Origin: Bacteroidota bacterium
GTDB lineage: Bacteria; Bacteroidota; Bacteroidia; Bacteroidales; Lentimicrobiaceae
Assembly (NCBI GenBank): GCA_009773515.1
Contig: WSXX01000023.1
Coordinates: 3,971 to 67,970, forward strand
Reading direction: 5' to 3'
Length of the DNA: 64,000 nucleotides
Part shown: positions 27,167 to 35,974 of the stretch, one piece after another
Numbering within the stretch: the stretch's first letter is position 1
How the letters are laid out: the number at the start of each line of letters is the position of its first letter
Position numbers and translations under genes: made by a program
Notes under the pieces: generated by a model
What the model was told of the DNA's origin: nothing
What the model saw: the letters and a program-made list of their open reading frames with translations, nothing else
The model's database searches: none

Positions 27167-27192
27167 CAGTTATCTGATTGAAGAAATAAGAA

Positions 27193-30006
27193 TTACTTCT
27201 TTTTCGAAGCTTTTTTCCCTTTTCCTTCGTCTTTTTTTGCTTTTTTAGCTTTAGCTGATGATTTTGCAGCAGCTTCTTCCTTAATTGCAGCCTGAGCAGC
27301 AGCCAAACGTGCGATGGGCACGCGGTAAGGTGAACAGCTAACGTAGTTCATTCCAACGGTATGGCAGAATTCAACCGATGAAGGCTCTCCACCATGCTCT
27401 CCGCAGATACCTACTTTAAGGTTTGGACGGGTCATACGGCCACGATCAACACCCATACGTATCAACTGACCAACACCTTCCTGATCAAGAACCTGGAAAG
27501 GATCGTGTTTCAGAATACCTTTGTCAAGATAAACTGGCAGGAACTTGCCGGCATCGTCACGTGAATAACCAAAGGTCATCTGGGTAAGGTCGTTTGTTCC
27601 GAATGAGAAGAACTCAGCTGATTCAGCAATACGGTCAGCAATAAGGGCTGCACGTGGAATCTCGATCATGGTTCCTACCAGGAAGTCGATTTTTTCCTTG
27701 CGCTCAGCAAAAACTGTTGCAATGGTATCGCGAACGATTTTTTCCTGCAACTGCATTTCCTCAAGGGTACCGGTAAGCGGAATCATAATTTCAGGAATAG
27801 CTTTTATGCCTTTTTTCTTGAGGTTCAGCGCTGCTTCGATAATGGCACGTGCCTGCATTTCTGAAATCTCAGGATATGTATTTCCAAGACGGCATCCACG
27901 GTGACCCAGCATTGGGTTAAACTCTGCCAGATCGTGAACTTTCTGTTTCACTGCTTCAACAGAAATGCCCATTTCTTTGGCCATTTCAAGCTGATTTGCT
28001 TCTTCGTGAGGAACAAACTCATGTAAAGGAGGATCGAGCAAACGAACAGTAACCGGAAGATCCTGCATTGCTTCGAAAATTCCCTCGAAATCAGAACGTT
28101 GAATCGGGAGAAGTTTTTCGAGACCTTTGCGGCGGCCGGCTTCGTCGTCGGCCAGAATCATTTCGCGCATTGCTTTGATACGGTCGCCTTCGAAGAACAT
28201 ATGCTCGGTGCGGCAGAGACCAATACCCTGAGCGCCAAAATTACGGGCAACTACTGAATCGTGTGGTGTATCGGCATTGGTGCGGACAAGCATGCGTGAG
28301 TATTTGTCGGCCAGTTTCATCAACTTTCCAAAATCTCCGCTAAGTGCTGCATCCATGGTTCCGATTTTTCCATCGTAAACCTCACCGGTGCTGCCATTCA
28401 GAGAAATCCAATCACCTTCTTTAAATTTAACGCCATCAATTACAAGCGTGCGGGTTTTATAATCAATCTTAAGTGAACCGGCTCCTGAAATACAGCATTT
28501 ACCCATTCCGCGGGCAACAACTGCTGCATGTGAGGTCATTCCACCGCGTGCGGTAAGAATACCTTCGGCAACATTCATTCCTTTAAGATCCTCGGGTGAT
28601 GTCTCGATACGAACCAGAATTACTTTATGTCCTTTTTCAACCCATTTCTCAGCTTCGTCGGCAAAGAAAACTACCTGACCTGTGGCAGCACCTGGAGAAG
28701 CAGGCAAACCTTTGGCAAGAATTTTCGCTTTTTTAAGTGCAGCGGTATCAAATACCGGGTGCAGAAGTTCATCAAGTTTTGCAGGCTCGCAGCGAAGAAT
28801 GGCTTCTTTTTCGGTGAGGATACCTTGTTTCAGCATGTCCATGGCAGTTTTTACCATGGCAGCGCCGGTCCGTTTACCGTTACGGGTCTGAAGCATCCAG
28901 AGTTTACCATCCTGAATGGTGAACTCAAGATCCTGCATATCGCGGTAGTGATCTTCAAGCTTCTGCTGAATTTCCATAAGTTCAGCATAAATAGCCGGCA
29001 TTGCTTCTTCGAGTGAAGGGAACTTTGCAGCACGTTCTTTTTCAGTAACATTGGCAAGTTTTGCCCAACGTTTTGAACCTTCTTTGGTGATTTGCTGAGG
29101 AGTGCGGATACCTGCAACCACGTCTTCGCCCTGAGCATCAATAAGGTATTCTCCGTTGAAGATATCTTCTCCGGTTCCGGCATCGCGGGTAAAAGCAACA
29201 CCAGTTCCTGAATTAAGACCCATATTTCCAAAAACCATAGCCTGAACATTTACGGCAGTTCCCCACTCAGCAGGAATGCTGTTGAGTTTGCGGTAATATA
29301 CAGCACGTTCGTTCATCCAGCTGTCAAAAACTGCAGTAATTGAACGCCAGAGCTGCTCCCATGGATCAGCAGGAAAATCGTGTCCGGTAACTTTCTTAAC
29401 AGCTTTTTTGAAGCGTTTTACAAGTTCTTTAAGGTCGGCAACGGTAAATTCGGTATCAAGTTCAATGCCTTTCTCTTCTTTCATGTGTTCCATGATTTCT
29501 TCGAAAGGATCTATATCTTCTTTTGATGCAGGTTTCATTCCAAGTACCACATCGCCAAACATCTGAACAAAACGGCGGTATGAATCCCATGCAAAACGCT
29601 CGTTGCCTGATTTTTTGGCTATGGCTTCAACAGCTTCATCATTAAGACCAAGGTTTAATACTGTGTCCATCATTCCGGGCATAGAAGCACGTGAACCTGA
29701 ACGTACGGATAGAAGCAGCGGATTTTTTTTATCTCCAAAACCTGATCCCATAATTTTTTCGACATACTTAACAGCAGCTTCCACTTCTGTCTTGATCATG
29801 GCGATGGTCTTTTCACTGCCAAGATTATTATAGTCGGTGCACACTTCGGTAGTGATGGTGAATCCCGGAGGTACCGGAACCCCGATCAGGTTCATTTCGC
29901 AGAGGTTGGCACCTTTGCCACCAAGCAGATTCTTCATACTGGCGTCACCTTCGGCTTTCTTGTTTCCGAACGTATAAACCGATTTTCTGGTCTTTTCTTT
30001 TCCCAT
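27193..30006 (-). CDS. ppdK: Pyruvate, phosphate dikinase
   Basis: LLGGKGANL, SVRSG..SMPGMMDT, GGMTSHAAVVARG, FSFGTNDLTQ, GICGEHGG. Confidence 0.97.
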   Translation of the reverse strand: MGKEKTRKSVYTFGNKKAEGDASMKNLLGGKGANLCEMNLIGVPVPPGFTITTEVCTDYNNLGSEKTIAMIKTEVEAAVKYVEKIMGSGFGDKKNPLLLSVRSGSRASMPGMMDTVLNLGLNDEAVEAIAKKSGNERFAWDSYRRFVQMFGDVVLGMKPASKEDIDPFEEIMEHMKEEKGIELDTEFTVADLKELVKRFKKAVKKVTGHDFPADPWEQLWRSITAVFDSWMNERAVYYRKLNSIPAEWGTAVNVQAMVFGNMGLNSGTGVAFTRDAGTGEDIFNGEYLIDAQGEDVVAGIRTPQQITKEGSKRWAKLANVTEKERAAKFPSLEEAMPAIYAELMEIQQKLEDHYRDMQDLEFTIQDGKLWMLQTRNGKRTGAAMVKTAMDMLKQGILTEKEAILRCEPAKLDELLHPVFDTAALKKAKILAKGLPASPGAATGQVVFFADEAEKWVEKGHKVILVRIETSPEDLKGMNVAEGILTARGGMTSHAAVVARGMGKCCISGAGSLKIDYKTRTLVIDGVKFKEGDWISLNGSTGEVYDGKIGTMDAALSGDFGKLMKLADKYSRMLVRTNADTPHDSVVARNFGAQGIGLCRTEHMFFEGDRIKAMREMILADDEAGRRKGLEKLLPIQRSDFEGIFEAMQDLPVTVRLLDPPLHEFVPHEEANQLEMAKEMGISVEAVKQKVHDLAEFNPMLGHRGCRLGNTYPEISEMQARAIIEAALNLKKKGIKAIPEIMIPLTGTLEEMQLQEKIVRDTIATVFAERKEKIDFLVGTMIEIPRAALIADRIAESAEFFSFGTNDLTQMTFGYSRDDAGKFLPVYLDKGILKHDPFQVLDQEGVGQLIRMGVDRGRMTRPNLKVGICGEHGGEPSSVEFCHTVGMNYVSCSPYRVPIARLAAAQAAIKEEAAAKSSAKAKKAKKDEGKGKKASKKK

Positions 30007-30280
30007 TGTTACTTAGGTTTTATAGGATTTAGGTTAATATTATCAAGGCTTGATTTTATGCAGGTTAGCCCCGCCTTAACGCGGGTGCAAAGGTACAAAA
30101 AAATATTTTTTCTTTGATGTTGAAAATACAAACGGAATCAAAACCATGAAATGGAGGTCCTTTTAAAATAAAAAGAGTTCATCGCCCTGTCTTTTCAACT
30201 ATTCATAAAATATTTTTCTGCGAATAACTCTCATTGAATAATTAATATTTTTATAACAATGTTGATTCTCAAGTATTAAA

Positions 30281-30673
30281 TCAATAAGACAAAAGGTTTT
30301 CAATTTCAATTATAAGCTTGTCGGCCGCTATGAGCATCGATATTACATCTTCTTTATCGAAAACAACAAAATCATCGTAATCGCCGGTTTGCCTCATGTC
30401 AAAGATATCTGAAAAGAATTTTCCACTCTCTTTGGGTATAATTCCGGTTTTAATGAAATGTAATCCAAACATTTGCCTGACACCTGAATGGGTAGTTGCA
30501 TTAATATTATGCTTCAGCAACAAAGCACTTACTGAATAAAAGCAAGCGTAATAGATCCGGTTGACAGCCGTATTCCATAACTCGTTTTCCACATGAAGGT
30601 GAATTTCACCAAGGGTTTCTTTAGCCCGGGTTAAACGGTATTTGATCAAATCTGATTTATCAGCAAAACTCAT
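30281..30673 (-). CDS. HEPN-domain protein, partner of the adjacent MNT
   Basis: AVNRIYYACFY, THSGV...F..HFIK, RQTGDY; 4-bp overlap with the MNT gene. Confidence 0.85.
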   Translation of the reverse strand: MSFADKSDLIKYRLTRAKETLGEIHLHVENELWNTAVNRIYYACFYSVSALLLKHNINATTHSGVRQMFGLHFIKTGIIPKESGKFFSDIFDMRQTGDYDDFVVFDKEDVISMLIAADKLIIEIENLLSY

Positions 30674-30987
30674 AAAATGATTCCTTCATTTTTAATATTC
30701 TCGTAAAAAGGAGTTATAAAATGTTTTGATTCCCATTCGGGTTTGGTCAATACAATTGGGCTGATAATGACTCCTGTTTCAAATTCTATATCATACAACG
30801 GGTATTTGATCTTTTTGACATCTTCCCTGCTAAGATTTGCTTTATCCACCAGAATCAGAATATCTATATCCGATTCCTGGTGTTGTTCAGATCGGGCATA
30901 GGATCCATAGAGGATAAGAGTAGCTCCGGGGGCTGTTGAAGTTACTGACTGTCTGATAAGTCCGATAATATGATCACTTTTGGTCAT
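30670..30987 (-). CDS. Minimal nucleotidyltransferase (MNT)
   Basis: LYGSYARS....SDIDILIL; FYENIKNEGIIL. Confidence 0.85.
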   Translation of the reverse strand: MTKSDHIIGLIRQSVTSTAPGATLILYGSYARSEQHQESDIDILILVDKANLSREDVKKIKYPLYDIEFETGVIISPIVLTKPEWESKHFITPFYENIKNEGIIL

Positions 30988-31131
30988 GAAGCAAAGTTAA
31001 GCATTTTTATAGCCTACTTTCCAAAACTGTTTACTCTTTTGTTCATTCAGACACACTTGCATACAATAACCATTCTAAAAAAAAGCCGGTATTTATCATC
31101 CCGGCTTTTTCTTAACGCATATGCTGATAAA

Positions 31132-32106
31132 TTACCTGCGATAACCCATAATGTATTCATCAAGTTCTTCAATGCTCGACTCGAAGGTAAAAGCATCGTT
31201 TAAACGATAATAATTGCCGATATCAAATGTGTAGCCGTAGGCATATTTAGCCAGATCAAGACGGGTATCTTCGAAAGTAAAGAGAAGCATAATTTCTTTT
31301 ACCTGATCGCTGAGCAGACAATTGGAAGCAATTACCTGTTTGGCAATTTTTAGTTTGGTATCGTCAAATGATTTGCTTTCGATGGATTGTTTAACACCCT
31401 GAAAATCGCCGGGATGCATAGGATAAGCACAACCAATAGGTCCATTGTAACCCGGCAAAACATAAGCCTGCTGAGCTGGTTGCTGATGAGTAGGTTCATA
31501 TCCGCCTGAAGTAGTGGTGGTTGAGTAAGTGGTAGTTGTTAGTGAAGTAGTTACCTGTGAGCCGGAAGGCAGCATACCCCCCACGTTGATATTCATATTT
31601 ACGCCCAGTTCCGGGTCGTTAATGTTTACGCCCATTGAAACATTGCCCTGAGGATCGCCATACGATTCAGTGTAAGTGGTGGTGGTTTGTGTAACTGTGC
31701 CTGTGGGAGCTGGCTGACTGTGATAAACCACAACCTGCTGTCCCGGTGCCGGCGGAAGCGCCTGATGAATCGGCACTTCGTTCATCCAGCGGAGAACATA
31801 TTCGTTTTTCTTGTTTTTTGTGATCACAAAAGTAGTTTCGGTGCCCTGGTTAAACATCAGATTTTTATCCAGCTCTCCCAGATTCGGATCATCAAATATT
31901 ACCTTCAGTTTATAATTTGGCGCAATCAGATCGGTAACCTTTACATTGGTTTCCGGAGTGGTATTCTGTCTGATTCCATTCAGGATTACGGTAAACCGTT
32001 CGCCCTGTTCACTAAAAAAAATAAGGTTGGTGTAAACCTGTGAAAAGGCATTCGATGAGAAAGCCAGGGCTGCAAGCAACAGCAGCATGGGTAGTTTTCT
32101 TTTCAT
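31132..32106 (-). CDS. Secreted protein with a Thr-rich linker and C-terminal DUF4476-like domain
   Basis: Signal peptide MKRKLPMLLLL (ATG 32106); SKSFDDTKL..FTFEDTRLDLAKYAY..D..NY. Confidence 0.7.
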   Translation of the reverse strand: MKRKLPMLLLLAALAFSSNAFSQVYTNLIFFSEQGERFTVILNGIRQNTTPETNVKVTDLIAPNYKLKVIFDDPNLGELDKNLMFNQGTETTFVITKNKKNEYVLRWMNEVPIHQALPPAPGQQVVVYHSQPAPTGTVTQTTTTYTESYGDPQGNVSMGVNINDPELGVNMNINVGGMLPSGSQVTTSLTTTTYSTTTTSGGYEPTHQQPAQQAYVLPGYNGPIGCAYPMHPGDFQGVKQSIESKSFDDTKLKIAKQVIASNCLLSDQVKEIMLLFTFEDTRLDLAKYAYGYTFDIGNYYRLNDAFTFESSIEELDEYIMGYRR

Positions 32107-32319
32107 GTTGTGATGGTTGGATTGATAGGTATTTGAATTTGGACTCAATGTGTTTTGTAAAATACTTTTGCTTTTATCCCGGGAACGGCAAAAAGTAATT
32201 CTTGAACCGGGTTTCAAATATAATGCCAACGAACATCTGTCAACCACGGGGCTGATAATTTATATTGGTTATAAATAAGTGCGTTTTTATAATCAGAAAA
32301 AAAACGGCAATGCGGGCTT

Positions 32320-33018
32320 CTATAATTCAATCTTGCCCACCTGCCCCATTACCCTGAGGATGTTCTGTTGGCGGCGCTGAATATAAGAAGAGGGTTTTGC
32401 CGGGCTCCATCGGCGTGGGTTTGGAAGAACCGCGGCAATAAGAGCTGCTTCGCTTCGGGTCAGGTCAGAAGCCGGTTTTCGGAAAAACTTCTGCGAAGCC
32501 ATTTCTACTCCATAAATACCATCGCCCATTTCTATAACATTCAGATAGACTTCCATAATCCGGCGTTTGCCCCAGAATATTTCGATAAGCCCGGTAAAAT
32601 AGACTTCCAGACCTTTGCGCAGCCAGGTGCGATCGGGCCAGAGAAAGACATTTTTAGCTGTTTGCTGCGATATTGTGCTTGCGCCAAGCTTGCGTTTGCG
32701 CTTTTTGTTGAGTTCTCTGGCTTTTTTTACTGCTTCAAAATCAATACCGTGGTGCTTTTGGAAATTATTATCCTCCGAAGCAATTACTGCCCTGGGCATA
32801 TTGGGCGAAATATCTTCCAGTTTTACCCAGTCGCGTTTCATACTCATTTTTTCGCCTTCGGATATCTGTTCTGCCACACGTATCAATTGAAGCGGTGTAA
32901 CCGGTGGCCGGACAAAACGGTAAACAATGGTTACAAAAATGGTGGAAATAAAAAAGAAAAACACGGCAAATCGTATGATCCTGAAGATTTTTCTGAAGAT
33001 TTTCCGGGTAACCGCCAT
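32320..33018 (-). CDS. mtgA: Monofunctional peptidoglycan transglycosylase
   Basis: ASEDNNF..HHGID, GASTISQQTAKN, RKGLE, EVYLN, AAVLPNP. Confidence 0.93.
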   Translation of the reverse strand: MAVTRKIFRKIFRIIRFAVFFFFISTIFVTIVYRFVRPPVTPLQLIRVAEQISEGEKMSMKRDWVKLEDISPNMPRAVIASEDNNFQKHHGIDFEAVKKARELNKKRKRKLGASTISQQTAKNVFLWPDRTWLRKGLEVYFTGLIEIFWGKRRIMEVYLNVIEMGDGIYGVEMASQKFFRKPASDLTRSEAALIAAVLPNPRRWSPAKPSSYIQRRQQNILRVMGQVGKIEL

Positions 33019-33099
33019 ATCAGTAAAAGGGTAAATTTTGTTGCTGCAAACTTAGGAAGAAAAAAAATCCCGTCAATAATAAATTGAAGAATGAGTTCA

Positions 33100-33328
33100 G
33101 GATTTCGGATATCGGATTGCAGATTTCGGAATGCAAGGTCACCAGATTAATCTTTACCTTTGCCAGATTGCGGATTGCGGATGCCGTAGGTCGGATGTCA
33201 GAAGCCGGAGGTCGGAAGTCAGAAGCCGGAGGGCGGAGGGCGGAGGTCAGAAATCCGAAATTAGAAATTACTTGTCTCGGGAGCGCGAAGCGATAACGAG
33301 TGAAATTAGAAATTAGAAATTGGAAATT
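33100..33328. repeat. Heptamer-repeat mosaic (RGATTKC, GKCRGAR, GAAATTR) with a 28-bp core
   Basis: More than 20 seven-base units; TACCTTTG -7 box at 33155-33162; core TTGTCTCGGGAGCGCGAAGCGATAACGA at 33272-33299. Confidence 0.85.
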
Positions 33329-34162
33329 ACCCCAACCCTCTTCCCCGTTGATCTTCAGCTCTGCAGTCTTGCCAGCGGCAGCAGCGGAAATTGTTATTAT
33401 GTTGGGAGCAGTTCCGAAGGCGTTTTGGTTGACTGTGGCATCAGCGCCCGAAGAATCAGAAAAATGCTCGAGGAATTAGGCCCCGGGCTTCCCGGAATTA
33501 AAGCTATTCTGATTACACACAATCACATCGATCACATCAGCGCGCTTACCCGTCTCACCAAAAAGCACCGGATTCCGGTATATTGCACCGAAGGAACCTG
33601 GAAAGGAATTATGCGTAACCGCATGACCTTTGATGCCGACCCGCTGATGTACCATCCTTTGAAATATTTTGAACCATTGCAGATCGGAGCGCTGAGAATT
33701 GAGGCTTTCCCAGTTTCACACGATGCCCATGAAGCTACCGGATATCATTTCAGGGCTTCGGGCAGAAACCTCACCATAGCAACCGACCTTGGCGTTATCG
33801 GAGATCATGCAGCCCATTATCTCAAAAATTCGGATGTAATGGTGATAGAATCAAATTACGACGAAGAAATGCTTTTTACCGGTCATTATCCCGAACATCT
33901 GAAGCAACGCGTACATGGTTCGATGGGGCATATGTGCAATGCACACACCGCTGAATTTCTGGCTGATAACTATCATTCAGGCATTTCACACATTTTGTTG
34001 TGCCACCTGAGTGCAGAAAATAATACTCCTGAAATTGCTTTGCAAACTTTTCACAACACCTTCAAAAACAAAGGCATTCAGCTTCACGCCAATACTGTAG
34101 TAAAAGCACTTCCCCGGGGAAACAGGTCGGAAGTATTTATCCTTAGCGGAGAACAATCATAA
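33320..34162 (+). CDS. MBL-fold metallohydrolase, YycJ/WalJ-like
   Basis: SLASGSSGNC, VDCG, THNHIDH, SHDA, ESNYD, HLSAENN; the only usable start is TTG. Confidence 0.85.
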   Translation: MEITPTLFPVDLQLCSLASGSSGNCYYVGSSSEGVLVDCGISARRIRKMLEELGPGLPGIKAILITHNHIDHISALTRLTKKHRIPVYCTEGTWKGIMRNRMTFDADPLMYHPLKYFEPLQIGALRIEAFPVSHDAHEATGYHFRASGRNLTIATDLGVIGDHAAHYLKNSDVMVIESNYDEEMLFTGHYPEHLKQRVHGSMGHMCNAHTAEFLADNYHSGISHILLCHLSAENNTPEIALQTFHNTFKNKGIQLHANTVVKALPRGNRSEVFILSGEQS

Positions 34163-34209
34163 TCTATATGGTCACAAATTATAAATCAATGTCGTTTAGT
34201 TAAAAAAAA

Positions 34210-34258
34210 GTCTTCGACTCCGCTCAGACTGACAGTCATCCTGAGCGGAGTCGAAGGA
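34210..34258. repeat. Inverted REP doublet between convergent genes
   Basis: GTCTTCGACTCCGCTCAGACTGACA+GTCATCCTGAGCGGAGTCGAAGGA. Confidence 0.85.
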
Positions 34259-34295
34259 TACTTTTTTATTTTATATTTTAATACGGGAAAATTTT

Positions 34296-35885
34296 CTACC
34301 AGTCGTAATACCGGTTAAACAGCGTTGACCGCAATCCAAACCATACCCAGGTTGTTTTACGGTCAAACTTATCGGATGATTCACTGCGAAGGGTAAGTCC
34401 GGCGCTCAGCTGAAGGTTGGTCGCAGGATTCACCAGCCATCCCACTTTCAGGTCGTGTTGCATCAGGTGGGTTTTTAATCCCTGAGCAATGGTATTGCCA
34501 AATTCATTGACGTAAGTGTTGTAAGAATTAAAGATATTGTAACCGAAATTAAGACCGGCAGTATCGGCTCCGTAAGTACTGGCAACAAATTTATAATCAA
34601 ACATCCAGCGCTGCAGGCGGTATGAGGCAATCATCACGCCTTCCCTGAAATTTGCTCCTCTGGGATGTGCAAGCGGCTGACTGTAATGACCGTAATTCTG
34701 CAAAGAAACATTATGAGCATAGGTATATGGCCTCACGTGGTTATACTCGGCCTGAACATTCAGGTTTGAAACACCGAACAAATCAAAGGCCTTGCCTCCC
34801 AGCTGAAAACCGTGTTTGTTTGCCCACCATCCATCGCCTTTACGCACATGCTCCAGTTTAAATTCGTCGAGAATAATCTGAGCAAAAAGGATATACTTTT
34901 TTTGGATGGTAAAGCGCATACTTCCTCCCAAAAGAACATTATCGGGTGAAGAAAGCGAAAACTCAACCGGGCGATAAAAAATTACCGGATTCAGATAATT
35001 AACATCAAAACCTCTTTGCCCGGTGCTGTCGGCTGCTTGCCAGATAACCGCCTCAAAAATGCTGAGATTGAACCAGTCGGTTACATTCCAGCTCAGGTGA
35101 TGCATGGTAGCATATTTCTTATTCCAGGGAGTCCATGATCCTCCGCTTTTTGAGAGTTCCTGAAACTGAGTATAAAGGTTGGTATATTGTAATTTCCAAA
35201 CCTTGGTATTGATCATCAGATAAGGATAATTGAATGCTGCATCAGAGAGCAGCAGCGATCTGTAGCCGTCGCCAATAAAATTTTTGCCGTGCCCGAATCT
35301 GAAGTCGAAATACTTTGACGGGGTGTAAACAAAATGTCCTTCGGCAAAAGCATAATCGAATCCGGTTTCTTTAAATCGTTTGATAAAAGCCTGTCCGGGA
35401 ACCACCGCCAACTGGTTGGTAATGCTATCAATCCATTTTGGGAAAACGGCCTGACTTTCGTAAAAAGCAGTGTGAAAACTGAATTTCTGCCCTATGGTAC
35501 CATCGGCTCTGAAGCCACGGGTATTTACCCAGGTATTCCGATCGGCTGAAAGTTCGCGACCCAGTTCAAAACTTACCAATGGATCTATAATAAGGTTAAA
35601 ATCAGGATTATGCACCTGCAATAATGATTCACTGAACAACTTGCGCCCCAGCCATGAGGTTGAACGTTTTCCGGGAAGTGGTTTCAGGTCGCTATAAAGC
35701 AGGGTATCACTTTTGTAATCAATAAGCAGCGGCCAAACCGAATGTAACTTCCCTTGAGAGAGTAATTCTTTTTCGTAGGTCAACCTTAACCCTTGCTCAA
35801 AACTTACCGCCACAGGTTGGGCTATTAAAGTCAGGTTGAAAAATAAAATTGGGAAAATGGCGAAAAGAAACCGGTTAATATTCAT
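34296..35885 (-). CDS. Outer-membrane beta-barrel, RemB/Wzi-like
   Basis: Signal peptide, GHGKNFIGDGYRSLLLSD, DNVLLG, VRPYTYAH, aromatic C-terminus. Confidence 0.6.
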   Translation of the reverse strand: MNINRFLFAIFPILFFNLTLIAQPVAVSFEQGLRLTYEKELLSQGKLHSVWPLLIDYKSDTLLYSDLKPLPGKRSTSWLGRKLFSESLLQVHNPDFNLIIDPLVSFELGRELSADRNTWVNTRGFRADGTIGQKFSFHTAFYESQAVFPKWIDSITNQLAVVPGQAFIKRFKETGFDYAFAEGHFVYTPSKYFDFRFGHGKNFIGDGYRSLLLSDAAFNYPYLMINTKVWKLQYTNLYTQFQELSKSGGSWTPWNKKYATMHHLSWNVTDWFNLSIFEAVIWQAADSTGQRGFDVNYLNPVIFYRPVEFSLSSPDNVLLGGSMRFTIQKKYILFAQIILDEFKLEHVRKGDGWWANKHGFQLGGKAFDLFGVSNLNVQAEYNHVRPYTYAHNVSLQNYGHYSQPLAHPRGANFREGVMIASYRLQRWMFDYKFVASTYGADTAGLNFGYNIFNSYNTYVNEFGNTIAQGLKTHLMQHDLKVGWLVNPATNLQLSAGLTLRSESSDKFDRKTTWVWFGLRSTLFNRYYDW

Positions 35886-35974
35886 GTCAGTCTGGTTTAT
35901 ATGCAAATATTATGATAAAAAACCGTCATTAGCTAACTTTTAATAATCAGCTTATGAGCGAAAAACAAAAATTA

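Noticed and set aside
32368-33087. 239-aa plus-strand ORF
   Set aside because: Antisense shadow of mtgA with no recognisable motifs.
33084-33316. Two short ORFs (70 and 61 aa)
   Set aside because: Translations of the heptamer repeats (SEAGGRKSEAGGRR).
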